From Bermanella sp. (GTDB lineage: Bacteria; Pseudomonadota; Gammaproteobacteria; Pseudomonadales; Oceanobacteraceae), in assembly GCA_002683575.1 (NCBI GenBank), contig NYTP01000134.1, positions 1 to 62,301 of the forward strand: DNA of 62,301 bases, in the 5' to 3' direction. The translations under genes were made by a program, and so were the position numbers. The notes under the pieces are model-generated. The model worked only from the letters and a program-made list of their open reading frames with translations. It did not search any database and was not told the origin of the DNA. Numbering within the stretch: the stretch's first letter is position 1; each line of letters begins with the position of its first letter. Of this stretch, positions 1-9,520 are shown piece after piece.

Positions 1-1
1 A

Positions 2-172
2 AATACCTATAAAGCGCAAGCTGACCTTGGTAAGTACGAATTAGTATATCGTTTTGGTGATGGCGCCATTGACGATAACGACATTGTAATTGGCGAGGAC
101 GGCATAGAGCTTCCCGGTTTTGATAAAGCAATTTCGTTTAATACAACCAACTCCTATCAAGATATGTTTTAG
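2..172 (+). CDS. 3' end of a host gene (partial, function unknown); prophage integration target
   Basis: Open frame from the window edge, NTYKAQADLG...SFNTTNSYQDMF*, ending TAG at 170-172; its last codons overlap attL. Confidence 0.7.
   Translation, partial: NTYKAQADLGKYELVYRFGDGAIDDNDIVIGEDGIELPGFDKAISFNTTNSYQDMF
151..171 (+). repeat. attL core region
   Basis: CTCCTATCAAGATATGTTTTA matches CTCCTAAAAAGATATGTTTTA at 61969..61989 (19/21; 13-bp perfect AAGATATGTTTTA). Confidence 0.85.
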
Positions 173-267
173 AAGAACAGTTTTGCATAGGTTAGCATAA
201 TTTAATACCCCCCCGTTTTTGCTGGGCTGTAGCGTAGGCATAAGTTATCAAAGCTTATAATCGGTAC

Positions 268-325
268 AGACCCAGCACGGACCCATCCCCAAAAATAGAC
301 CCGAAATGGACCCACAGTGGACCCA
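268..325 (+). repeat. Candidate integrase arm-type binding sites (RGACCCR x5)
   Basis: AGACCCA 268, GGACCCA 279, AGACCCG 297, GGACCCA 308, GGACCCA 319; 11-bp spacing, about 100 bp inside attL. Confidence 0.6.
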
Positions 326-475
326 CTTTTTCTACCTTCGAAACTCTAAAAACGCCGAGCTTTTAACATTTGATCTTAAGTATTTGTAATGATCACCACA
401 CGACAAAAGTTGCAAGTTTTAAGCTCTTAACTTAAATTAATACAAAATACTAAGTTAATATCATTAAGAGGTCGC

Positions 476-910
476 GTGAGATTATTCGCTTTATTATTTT
501 TGCTGTCCTTCACAGCTAACGCTGAAAGTATAAGAAACAAGAATCATGGCACTTTGATAGTCTCAGAAGTAACCTCAATCTATGACGGAGATACCTTCAG
601 AGCTAATATTAAAGGACTTCACTCTTTGATAGGGGAGCGAATCGGTATTCGAGTTGCGGGTGTCGATACGCCAGAGATGCGAGGCAAGTGTAAGCAAGAA
701 AAAGATCTTGCTCGCCAAGCAAAGCAAGTAACCGTTAAAGCATTGCGTTCGGCGAAGGTTATTGAACTTAGGAATACGAAACGAGGTAAGTATTTTAGAA
801 TTGTAGCCGACGTATACGTGGATAACAAAAGCCTGACTGACATTCTAATCAAGTCAGGCTTGGGAGTTGCTTACGATGGTGGCACTAAAGCTCGTAGCTG
901 GTGCGTTTAA
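476..910 (+). CDS. Secreted thermonuclease (SNase-like)
   Basis: Signal peptide ending ANA; motifs YDGDT, IRVAGVDTPE, GKYFRIVADVY, KSGLG. Confidence 0.9.
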   Translation: MRLFALLFLLSFTANAESIRNKNHGTLIVSEVTSIYDGDTFRANIKGLHSLIGERIGIRVAGVDTPEMRGKCKQEKDLARQAKQVTVKALRSAKVIELRNTKRGKYFRIVADVYVDNKSLTDILIKSGLGVAYDGGTKARSWCV

Positions 911-1014
911 GCAACGAGCCTGTTGGTTGCTTCGGCCCAAAAATAGGTGATAAAAGCTCCTGTTCCATGGTATTAGGGGTATGAATACATTGAGTTATTT
1001 TCATACTTGATAAA

Positions 1015-3531
1015 CTACTTGGATATTGTGGCCCTAATATATTCAGCAACCTGATCAACTGGGAGCGGTTTTGAAAAAAAGTATCCTTGGATTCTAATAT
1101 CTTTGTACCTAGATAAATGGTTAATTAGCTTTTCATCCTCAACCCCTTCAACCACTACTTTCTTGCCTAAGTCGTAACAAATAGTGATTATAGTATCTAA
1201 AAGCTTTTGTTCTTTAGTATTTTTATCGGCTCCTAAAGTGAACTCCCTGTCTATTTTAATAATGTTTGCTGGCTGGTTAGCTAGGTAAGATAAGCTTGAA
1301 AAACCAGTTCCAAAGTCGTCGATAGCAACATTAAGGCCCGAGGCGATTAGTTGAGTCAATGTTTTTTCTATCGTGGTTTTCTCTTGAAAGGCAGACTCAG
1401 TAACCTCTATTGTAAATTTACGGTAATCGATATTGTTTTGTGTAAGCTGGTATTGTAAATCAATAGCAAAATTTTCTTTAATGAGTTGTTTGGTTGAAAA
1501 GTTAACAGCCACGCTTATTTTTTGTAACTCAGGGTAATGACCGATGTCACGAATAACTTGATTTAAAACGTATTTACCTACTTGTACTATTTGACCTGTA
1601 GTTTCAGCTATGGGTATAAACTTCGCTGGGGAAATCCATCCATCTTGGTGGGGCCACCTAACTAGCGCTTCAACCGCTACAACTTGTTTCCCACTTAAGT
1701 TATGTATAGGTTGATAAAATACTTGTAATTCGTTGTTCTTGAGCGCTGAATCTAGCTTATTACGGATGGTAGTCTTTTCATTAAATTTATCATCCATAGA
1801 TTGTTTATAAATTTGTATTTGATTACCTCCAAGTTCCATAGACCTTTCAAGTGCGATGTTGGCTTGTTGTAAGTTTAGTTTAAAATTAAATGATTTAGGG
1901 CTGTCGTAATAAACAACTCCAGCGCTTGATGTTAGATTGAGCTCAAATTTGTCAATGCAATAAAATTTCGATAATTCAAGTAGTATAGCTTCAACTTTGT
2001 GTGTAAGAAAAACTTCTGAAGTATTGATATAATATAAAACAAAACTATCATTAAATCCTTTTGATATTAGCACTTGATTGCCACTATTAGCCTTTATTTT
2101 TTCAGCAGTTTGTTTTGTTATTTGATCACTAATTTCATAGCCTAAAGAGTTTTGTATCTCATCAAAAAAGTCTATTTTGATTATAACTACTGCAAAATTA
2201 TTGCATTTCTTTATTGAACAATACTCTGAAAACTTATCTTTTAAAGTTTTTAATCTTAAAAAACCAGTTAATTCATCATGTTTTGCATTAAACTCTAAGA
2301 TTCTTGAAGAGTCAGCAACTAGTGTAAAGATAAATGCGAATAGGAAAGTGAGCCATAGTATTGATTGGTCGATTATTGTGCTTATGTGTATTGCTTTATA
2401 ATCACTTAGAAAGTTATAAACTTTATGTACTAAATCCATTACGTTTATCTTTTCCATAATAAAGTTATTATAACGACTAGTTAGCTCGCTCAATTCAACT
2501 TGAGTTTTATTTTTATAATCAACTGAAAAGTAAGTGCCTGGTGTTAATTCTAAAAATGCATCAAATTGACCAAGATATTTTAAATAATTTTTCTCTATCA
2601 GTAAGTTCATATCTAATAAATTTAATACATAGTAACGATTTTGATCAGCGAGTGTAACGCGAGCCAGAAACATTAAAATTGGTGTATCCGAGTCCAAGCT
2701 GAGAGAGTTGGCTGCGAATCGAACTTCCTCTGAATCGCCTTTTATCCACGATCTTATCGTAGGTTTATTAATCATTCCTTCTGTGAAAAAATTTGTGGAG
2801 AAACTATCAGTTGCGATATGTTGGAGCTCATCATCAAGTACTAGAACCCCTTTAATTACATCATAATCCGCTTTATAGTTAATTGCATCTATGCTAATTA
2901 GACGTCTGAAATCTTCGAAATTAACTTTTTCTACCCTGTTTTTTAGTCTAGCTAGAGCTTTTTTCTGTGTCAGTAAAGAGTTGTTCAACATAGATTCGAC
3001 TAGGTGCACTTTTTCTCTTGCACTGGCATCTTGAGATTTGACTAGTTTTAAAGATACCTGATGCCACACTACTGAACCAGTTAATATAATTATTAATATG
3101 ATGAAATTTAAGTTGTTGTTTTTTATTGCTTTTACATTTCCGTGAAAAGCTTTGATAGTAAATGCAGAAAGTATAGTGAACGTAAAAATAGCTGATAACG
3201 ATAATGTAAATGGGCTATCATCGATGCCCCATAGGTCATAGTTAATCTGCATGTGAAATAAAAAAGAAAATTGTACAAATAGAAGGCACAATGCACTTGC
3301 AGAAGCTATAGCGGCGCAAAACTTCTTAGTACTTAGGTCAATTTTCTTCATTATTGATAGTACGGCCGCAATTATTAATGAGTTTACCGCCACTGTTGGG
3401 CTAATTACCTCCATTAACTCATACCCAAGAAAAGTAGACTCAGCCATTCCCAAGGCAAAAACAATACAGTGGAAATAAAGAATTGCACTATACAGTATGC
3501 TAGACGCACTTTTTGAAACATTAAATCTCAT
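1015..3531 (-). CDS. Membrane-anchored degenerate-GGDEF/EAL protein, probable c-di-GMP phosphodiesterase
   Basis: Several N-terminal TM helices; HDELTG then GFNDSF in place of GGDEF; EAL motifs VEALVRW, IEVTE, DDFGTGFSSL, IKID, VEGVE, QGYFFSKP. Confidence 0.9.
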   Translation of the reverse strand: MRFNVSKSASSILYSAILYFHCIVFALGMAESTFLGYELMEVISPTVAVNSLIIAAVLSIMKKIDLSTKKFCAAIASASALCLLFVQFSFLFHMQINYDLWGIDDSPFTLSLSAIFTFTILSAFTIKAFHGNVKAIKNNNLNFIILIIILTGSVVWHQVSLKLVKSQDASAREKVHLVESMLNNSLLTQKKALARLKNRVEKVNFEDFRRLISIDAINYKADYDVIKGVLVLDDELQHIATDSFSTNFFTEGMINKPTIRSWIKGDSEEVRFAANSLSLDSDTPILMFLARVTLADQNRYYVLNLLDMNLLIEKNYLKYLGQFDAFLELTPGTYFSVDYKNKTQVELSELTSRYNNFIMEKINVMDLVHKVYNFLSDYKAIHISTIIDQSILWLTFLFAFIFTLVADSSRILEFNAKHDELTGFLRLKTLKDKFSEYCSIKKCNNFAVVIIKIDFFDEIQNSLGYEISDQITKQTAEKIKANSGNQVLISKGFNDSFVLYYINTSEVFLTHKVEAILLELSKFYCIDKFELNLTSSAGVVYYDSPKSFNFKLNLQQANIALERSMELGGNQIQIYKQSMDDKFNEKTTIRNKLDSALKNNELQVFYQPIHNLSGKQVVAVEALVRWPHQDGWISPAKFIPIAETTGQIVQVGKYVLNQVIRDIGHYPELQKISVAVNFSTKQLIKENFAIDLQYQLTQNNIDYRKFTIEVTESAFQEKTTIEKTLTQLIASGLNVAIDDFGTGFSSLSYLANQPANIIKIDREFTLGADKNTKEQKLLDTIITICYDLGKKVVVEGVEDEKLINHLSRYKDIRIQGYFFSKPLPVDQVAEYIRATISK

Positions 3532-3744
3532 AAATATCCATTAAATTCATTAGCATGCTCCACTTAGTTTAGAAGGCATATATCCACAATTCAATTAAAC
3601 ATAAAGTAAAAATAATAATTAAAGTCACTATGTTAATAGGTACTTAATGTGTATTATGTACTACTTAATGGTTGTTGTATTTATATTGTATAGGAATAAA
3701 TTATTACATGGAAACTATTAAAAATACTATTAATAGGAATTGTA

Positions 3745-5367
3745 ATGATTAGAAATTTACGAATAGGCTTTAGAACTCTATCCACTTTCGCCGTAACAGC
3801 AATAATTACCGTGCTTGTCGCCGCAGGTGCTTTTGCACAGCTATCGAAACTTAACCAAACTACCGAAGTGATAGCCTCCCATAGGTTGCCCGCTATAATT
3901 ACTCTAAGTGAGCTTCGAAGAGACGTACTTCTGATGCAGGTTATAATCAATGAATTATCTGATGTCAGCACAACAGAAAAAATCTCATATCTTAAAAATA
4001 GAATGAGGAAAATCAATCTGCATTACACCGAGTATGAAGAAGAGATGTCTCATTACTCAAAAACACCTGAATCAAATATAATATTAAAAAAAGTAAAGGC
4101 TTTACATAATGAGATGTTATCTCAGCTCCCAGATCTATATTCACTAGTAGACAACAAAAAAATAGAAAATTTTGTATCACTTCGGGAAGAGTCATTCATG
4201 CCTATAGCGAGAGAGTTGCGCCTTGCTTTAGATGAATTTTCAGACTTTCAAAGAGCTAGAGCAAATGAAAACGGTCTAGAGGCAAAAAGTACTTTTGTCT
4301 CATCCAAAAGACTTGTCGTCTTCAGTCTATTTTTGTCAGTTTTGGCTACGTTGGTTTTGGCATACATTTATACAAAAAGTTTAGTTCTACCCCTTCGTAG
4401 GGCCGTTGCCATAGCTGAAAAAATTGCAAGTGGTGATTTGACCCAGGAAATTATCGATCCTGCTAGGGACGAGGCCGCTGACTTAGTAAGAGCTCTTGCT
4501 GAAATGCAAAATAAGCTTAGAGATGCTCTATCGCGCATCGGAACTTCTTCGGAGCAATTAGCATCTACCTCTGAAGAGCTAAACGTTGTAACTGCTCACT
4601 CCTCAGATACAGTTGATAAGCAAAGCGACCAAATAAATATGGCTGCTAGTGCTGTTAGTCAACTTAGATCTGCAATTGAAGAGGTAGCTAAAACTGCATC
4701 ATATACTAGTAACAGTGTCGAAGTAGCAAACAAGAAAACTGTAGCTGGAAAAGAAAAGATATTAGATACAATAAACTCAATTAAATTATTGCGGTCTGAC
4801 ATCAAAATATCTGGGCAAAGTGTACGCCAGTTAGTCAATAACATAAAAGATATATCAACCGTTTTAGAAGTAATACGTAGCATAGCTGAACAGACTAATT
4901 TATTGGCATTAAATGCAGCTATTGAGGCAGCAAGAGCTGGTGAAAATGGGCGTGGTTTCGCCGTGGTAGCTGATGAAGTCCGTGCACTTGCTTATAGAAC
5001 CCAAGAGTCAACAAAAGACATAGAAAAGATGCTTAAGTCAGTGGATGAGGTTACAGTTAAAACTGAGAGCAGCATGAATAAAAGCAGCGAACTTAGCACG
5101 TCTAGCCTTAGAGTCGCGGAAGATGCCGGGGCTGCTTTTGAAGAGATTTTATTACTCGTAAATGACATTAATAGTCAAAGTGCAACGATTGCAAGTGCTT
5201 CGGAAGAGCAAGCCACTGTCGCTAAAGAAGTAGACACAAACTTAAATCTCATTAAAGTATTATCTTCGGAAACTTCAGAGGGCGCGGACCAGACATCTGC
5301 ATCGAGTACTGAACTTGCAAAATTGGCGGATCGTTTAAACGAGCTTATACTCAGGTTTAAGCTTTAG
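3745..5367 (+). CDS. Methyl-accepting chemotaxis protein (TM-periplasmic sensor-TM-HAMP-signalling domain)
   Basis: Hairpin signature [37 protein letters not shown]; two TM segments; HAMP PLRRAV...IASGDL. Confidence 0.95.
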   Translation: MIRNLRIGFRTLSTFAVTAIITVLVAAGAFAQLSKLNQTTEVIASHRLPAIITLSELRRDVLLMQVIINELSDVSTTEKISYLKNRMRKINLHYTEYEEEMSHYSKTPESNIILKKVKALHNEMLSQLPDLYSLVDNKKIENFVSLREESFMPIARELRLALDEFSDFQRARANENGLEAKSTFVSSKRLVVFSLFLSVLATLVLAYIYTKSLVLPLRRAVAIAEKIASGDLTQEIIDPARDEAADLVRALAEMQNKLRDALSRIGTSSEQLASTSEELNVVTAHSSDTVDKQSDQINMAASAVSQLRSAIEEVAKTASYTSNSVEVANKKTVAGKEKILDTINSIKLLRSDIKISGQSVRQLVNNIKDISTVLEVIRSIAEQTNLLALNAAIEAARAGENGRGFAVVADEVRALAYRTQESTKDIEKMLKSVDEVTVKTESSMNKSSELSTSSLRVAEDAGAAFEEILLLVNDINSQSATIASASEEQATVAKEVDTNLNLIKVLSSETSEGADQTSASSTELAKLADRLNELILRFKL

Positions 5368-5483
5368 AGGCTTATTATTGTTTGAGTACAGTATTTACTT
5401 TTAGCTCGTAAGTTAAGAACCTACATTTATATTAAAATGCTAAAATTATGAAATGAAGTACCAAAAGAATGGCTATACATTTA

Positions 5484-5503
5484 TACTGTATATATATACA
5501 GTA
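5484..5503. promoter_or_regulatory. LexA (SOS) box
   Basis: TACTGTATATATATACAGTA, the perfect E. coli-type consensus, within a 30-bp palindrome (5479..5508), 20 bp before the ATG at 5523. Confidence 0.93.
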
Positions 5504-5522
5504 TAAATTTGGTGCTTATACA

Positions 5523-5888
5523 ATGCTAATAGAAAACGCCAAAGTTGGCCCTCAACTTACAGACTTAGAAAATACGCTTGATTCTACTTTCATCAAAGAC
5601 TCCACGTTCATTGGCCGCGCCAGCGGCCGAAGCATGGAGGGCGTAGGAATATATGACGGTGATATATTAATTATCGATAGGGCACAAAACGTAAAGCATT
5701 ATGATGTCATCGTAGCGTGCTACAACGGTTTATTCATATGCAAATTAGCGGATATGAAAAACAACCAGCTTGTATCCGCTAGCCCAGATTATGAGCCAGT
5801 TAAAATAAAGGCAACCGACGAGTATTGCGTAGAAGGCGTTGTTACACAGTCGATGAGGATGCATAGGGGGAGTTCTAGGTTGGGATAA
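5523..5888 (+). CDS. umuD: UmuD'-like S24 peptidase lacking the N-terminal propeptide
   Basis: ASGRSMEGVGIYDGDILIIDR (catalytic Ser), GLFICK (catalytic Lys), VEGVV; start moved from 5469 to 5523, downstream of the SOS box. Confidence 0.82.
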   Translation: MLIENAKVGPQLTDLENTLDSTFIKDSTFIGRASGRSMEGVGIYDGDILIIDRAQNVKHYDVIVACYNGLFICKLADMKNNQLVSASPDYEPVKIKATDEYCVEGVVTQSMRMHRGSSRLG

Positions 5889-6185
5889 CTCCTTTCGACG
5901 ATAATAATAAAGCAATCCTGATGTGTGCTCATGGCATTAACATATTTATTTTATCCAAAAAGTGCGTACTTCGATTCGTTAGCAATTTGACTGTTCTAAA
6001 ACTTTAACACAAATGGTTGAGTGCCTATCAAAAAGCTTAATGGTCATATTTAGTGAGTTCGTGTTAGATGTAAAATATCTTTTTTCAAGTTCATAAGTGA
6101 CAGTTTTATATGGAATGTGGACAAAGATTTCTATATGGACTATATTAAAGCACCTTAGACGAATTTAGGTCTGAAACAACTTACT

Positions 6186-7439
6186 ATGATAAAAAACTAT
6201 ACATTCAGCAATTTTCAATCCTACCAAAATGAGTGTGATGTAGATTTTACGGTTAATAAAAAAACTGCACATTCTTATTATGACTACGAATTGGAAGATG
6301 GCTCAAAAATAGCAAAAGTGATGGCTGTTTTAGGTGCAAACGGCGCAGGTAAATCTAATTTATTGAAACCATTAGCCTTCCTTTCATGGTTTATTCCGAA
6401 TTCATTCGGTTCAGTTCAACGTGGTGAAGATATACCAATAATTCCTTTCCTTTTGAACGAAGATGAAAATACAATAATTGAGTTAGAGTTTGTAGTTCCT
6501 AGATGGCACAATTCTAATTCAGAGTTTGAATATAAATATTCTATAGAACTTAATAAAAAAAGAGTTGTAAGTGAATCTTTAAAGATGAAAACATCTAGAT
6601 TATATTCGAATGTTATTTCTCGAAGCTTTAATGAAGAAACACAAAAATACAAAGTCAAAAATAGTAATAAAATTGGTGTAGATCTGGAAGACTCTATTTT
6701 GGAAAGAGCTCCGGCTAACAGCTCGATAATATCTTATGTGATGAATTTGCTTACAGAGGAAGAGCTGTTCACTGATAAAAGTAATGGATGTATGGTCCTT
6801 GCTGCTCGTTATTTCCAATCAAATAGAACTAACTTAACAGCAATCGGAAAACGTAATTTGTCGGAAAATATTGAAGACGCAACTGATTTTTATATGGAGT
6901 ATCCTGAATTTTTCGAAAAGATTAAATCTTTACTCATGAGGTATGATCTTGGTATATCAGATATTACTTTTGAGAAAAAAATTCTTACAGATAGTAGTAC
7001 TGGTAAAGAGATAGAAAGTACAATTCCTATATTCTCGCACTATACACAAGGTAATTCTTTTGATGTTCCAATTTTTTTGGAGTCAAGTGGTACTCAAAGC
7101 GCCTATTGCGTATTAGCTACAATAACGCAAACACTTAACAGTGGTGGTGTAGCTATCCTAGATGAGTTCGACAATGATCTACATCCCTTATTGACTATGG
7201 AAATTGTAGAACTGTTCAAAGATACATCTGTGAATAAGAGCAATGCACAATTACTTTTTAATACACACACGGTAGAAGTCTTGAAAAGCTTAAGAATGCA
7301 GCATTGTTATCTAGTAGAAAAAAATGACGGTGTTTCAGAAGCGTACCGAGCTGATGAGGTTGATGGACTTCTTGCTAGAGACAACCTTTACGCAAAATAT
7401 GTCTCAGGTGCTTTAGGTGCTGTACCGGAGTTTGATTGA
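6186..7439 (+). CDS. ABC-type ATPase (AAA_21/RloA/AbiLi-like), predicted defence component
   Basis: FSNFQSY start, Walker A GANGAGKS, signature ESSGT, Walker B/D-loop ILDEFDNDLHP, H-loop NTH, C-terminal GALGAVP. Confidence 0.88.
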   Translation: MIKNYTFSNFQSYQNECDVDFTVNKKTAHSYYDYELEDGSKIAKVMAVLGANGAGKSNLLKPLAFLSWFIPNSFGSVQRGEDIPIIPFLLNEDENTIIELEFVVPRWHNSNSEFEYKYSIELNKKRVVSESLKMKTSRLYSNVISRSFNEETQKYKVKNSNKIGVDLEDSILERAPANSSIISYVMNLLTEEELFTDKSNGCMVLAARYFQSNRTNLTAIGKRNLSENIEDATDFYMEYPEFFEKIKSLLMRYDLGISDITFEKKILTDSSTGKEIESTIPIFSHYTQGNSFDVPIFLESSGTQSAYCVLATITQTLNSGGVAILDEFDNDLHPLLTMEIVELFKDTSVNKSNAQLLFNTHTVEVLKSLRMQHCYLVEKNDGVSEAYRADEVDGLLARDNLYAKYVSGALGAVPEFD

Positions 7440-7440
7440 T

Positions 7441-7947
7441 ATGGGTAAGAAAAAGAGGCCACTCAAGGAAACACTAATTATCGTTGGAGAGGGGCAAGCT
7501 GAGGTTGCATTCATTAATCACGTTAAGTCACTATATGGAGTTGGCAACCCAAAAGTTAAAGCTAAGTCAGCTGGCGGAAAGGGGCCTAGTAACGTTATAG
7601 GTGATGCTATAGGAACACTAAATTGCTCGGGTTGTGACCGAGTCGTGTCCTTATTGGATACTGACATAGAGTGGCCGAAAGTTAAGGTCAAAGAAGCTAA
7701 AAAAAGAGAAATAATTCTTATTGGATCGGACCCATGTCTCGAAGGGCTTTTACTTAGGATACTTGAGAAACGAGTCCCACCTCAAAGCATTGATTGTAAA
7801 AGAGAGATGCATCCTTTACTTGATGGTAGAGAAACAGACAAAAAAAGTTACGCTCAACTTTTTTCAAGAGTAACCCTAGATTCAGTTCGCGATAAAATTG
7901 AAGAATTGGATCTATTAATCAAAATAATCTCAGGTGAGGTCAAGTAG
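7441..7947 (+). CDS. rloB: RloB/AbiLii-like protein (TOPRIM-like), partner of the ATPase
   Basis: IIVGEGQAE, LLDTD and SDPCLEGLLL motifs; starts 1 nt after the ATPase stop. Confidence 0.78.
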   Translation: MGKKKRPLKETLIIVGEGQAEVAFINHVKSLYGVGNPKVKAKSAGGKGPSNVIGDAIGTLNCSGCDRVVSLLDTDIEWPKVKVKEAKKREIILIGSDPCLEGLLLRILEKRVPPQSIDCKREMHPLLDGRETDKKSYAQLFSRVTLDSVRDKIEELDLLIKIISGEVK

Positions 7948-8019
7948 GCTCTAATATTAGAGCCTATGATAATCTTTTTATATTTTTAATTATGCTTACC
8001 ACAATTTGGTCGTACTTTC

Positions 8020-8886
8020 TCAATCAGTCACCACATGCCCCTTAATCAGCTGCCTATGCTGAATCCAACCACGGAAATTACCCGACCAACGATTGCCATC
8101 TACATCAAAATGCGTAACGCCAATACGTTTAGCTTTGGCGTTAGTAAGCTTATGGTAAGTAGGAATAGGCGTAGCTTGATGTTCAAAAGGGGAGGCATGA
8201 ACACGGTCGCCCGATGTTAATGACTCAAAGATGCGCAATGCCTTCTCGAACGACATGTCGAGTGTACGGTAGCTAACCTGCGCGCAGCACGAGACAGAAA
8301 GAATTAGTAGCTCTTGTAGCTCGTAGCACTCACGCATTTCGTCAGTTATGTAAGGTAAGTGCCACTCCTTATAGCCTAGTTCATTAGGAACACTGTTATT
8401 TAAGGCCGTGCTTATTTGACGTGCGAGTTCACGTATCTCTGGTTGTGCGTCTTCGTGGTCGCGTAACCATAAGAAATTCGCCCACTCCGTCGATGTAACC
8501 ACTACCTTCATTGTTTGGAAGGTTTCTAATATACGATTCGAGACTTGCTTGTGTAGCTTTACCTTTTCCATCCCCCAATGAAACATGCATGCCACTTTCG
8601 ATGCACCTTTCCACAAAGCGCGGGCTAAGTAAGACGGGAGGGTCTTTAAAGTCGTCTGGGCTTGCATACCACTCTGGTTCGCGCCCCAGTGTATAGGCAA
8701 CTCTGGCGTAGTCCATACTTGTTGTCTCACTTTCTTTGTTGGTATAGCGCGCGAGCTTGCACTGTTTCGTGAAAAGACACGATGAGTCATAAGCTCCGCG
8801 TGAATGAATCTAGGGTATTCTAGTTCTGCTGTTGTAATACGTAAACCATTGGCGATTGAATCTGCAATAATTTTTACTGCTATCAT
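8020..8886 (-). CDS. thyX: Flavin-dependent thymidylate synthase (phage Thy1/ThyX type)
   Basis: PRFIHAELMTHRVFSRNSASSRAIP, LRDHEDAQPEIRELA, HASPFEH. Confidence 0.85.
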   Translation of the reverse strand: MIAVKIIADSIANGLRITTAELEYPRFIHAELMTHRVFSRNSASSRAIPTKKVRQQVWTTPELPIHWGANQSGMQAQTTLKTLPSYLARALWKGASKVACMFHWGMEKVKLHKQVSNRILETFQTMKVVVTSTEWANFLWLRDHEDAQPEIRELARQISTALNNSVPNELGYKEWHLPYITDEMRECYELQELLILSVSCCAQVSYRTLDMSFEKALRIFESLTSGDRVHASPFEHQATPIPTYHKLTNAKAKRIGVTHFDVDGNRWSGNFRGWIQHRQLIKGHVVTD

Positions 8887-8890
8887 ATTT

Positions 8891-8905
8891 ATTAGTGTTA
8901 CTGTT
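8891..8905. promoter_or_regulatory. Phage operator copy
   Basis: ATTAGTGTTACTGTT just upstream of thyX. Confidence 0.65.
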
Positions 8906-9080
8906 TAAGCCAGTCGTTAAAATTTTCTACATGTATGAGTAAACGCCCGTCCTGCGCTCTGCGCCAGTGCTTTTCCTCAAATAGTTGTCCACGCTTAATT
9001 TTGCTACGTAGGGCGGCAACGGTGTAACCCGTTGCCTTTGCCATAGCGTTAAGCGTTACCCACTCAACGTTAAAAGCCAT
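8898..9080 (-). CDS. xis: Excisionase-like winged-HTH protein
   Basis: 60 aa: WVTLNAMAKATGYTVAALRSKIKRGQLFEEKHWRRAQDGRLLIHVENFNDW; start at ATG 9080. Confidence 0.75.
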   Translation of the reverse strand: MAFNVEWVTLNAMAKATGYTVAALRSKIKRGQLFEEKHWRRAQDGRLLIHVENFNDWLKQ

Positions 9081-9081
9081 A

Positions 9082-9492
9082 TTAACCCCCATTAAGCAGT
9101 AGGTGTTCTGCGGCGATAGGGAACAGCTCAAGCTGCCTAGCACGCGCGATTAGCATTTCATAGTCACCCATAGAGGCAGATATAAGGGCAACTAAAAGCT
9201 CGAATTGTTCTCTTTCAAATTCTTCGGCCATTGCTGATAACATGCGAATCATACAATAGCCAACGTCCTCAGATACAAAGTTGGGTCTGTATATAAGAGC
9301 GTTCTTAATGTAATAATTTCTTTTTCCGCGTTCCAAGTCGGTTGTGTCTTTCAGGCCATAGCGCCAAATATATTTAAACGCATTACCTGTTGCAAAATCC
9401 ATATGCCTAATAAAGTGAATAGCCTCCACCGAACGGGTATTGTAGTGGGGCGATTTTTCTATTATGTCGTGTTGTTGTGCTGAGTCAGGCAT
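9082..9492 (-). CDS. DUF3310-family protein (T7 gp1.7/SaV-like, putative nucleotide kinase)
   Basis: SPHYN...EAIHFI...FATGNAFKYIWRYGLK. Confidence 0.75.
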   Translation of the reverse strand: MPDSAQQHDIIEKSPHYNTRSVEAIHFIRHMDFATGNAFKYIWRYGLKDTTDLERGKRNYYIKNALIYRPNFVSEDVGYCMIRMLSAMAEEFEREQFELLVALISASMGDYEMLIARARQLELFPIAAEHLLLNGG

Positions 9493-9520
9493 TTAAATTC
9501 CTTTAGTACACACTCGTACT

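Noticed and set aside
41-241. Minus-strand 66-aa ORF
   Set aside because: Shadow of the plus-strand host gene end and spans attL
5469-5522. N-terminal extension of the S24 ORF (MAIHLYCIYIQY...)
   Set aside because: It is a translation of the palindromic LexA box; ATG 5523 is the better start
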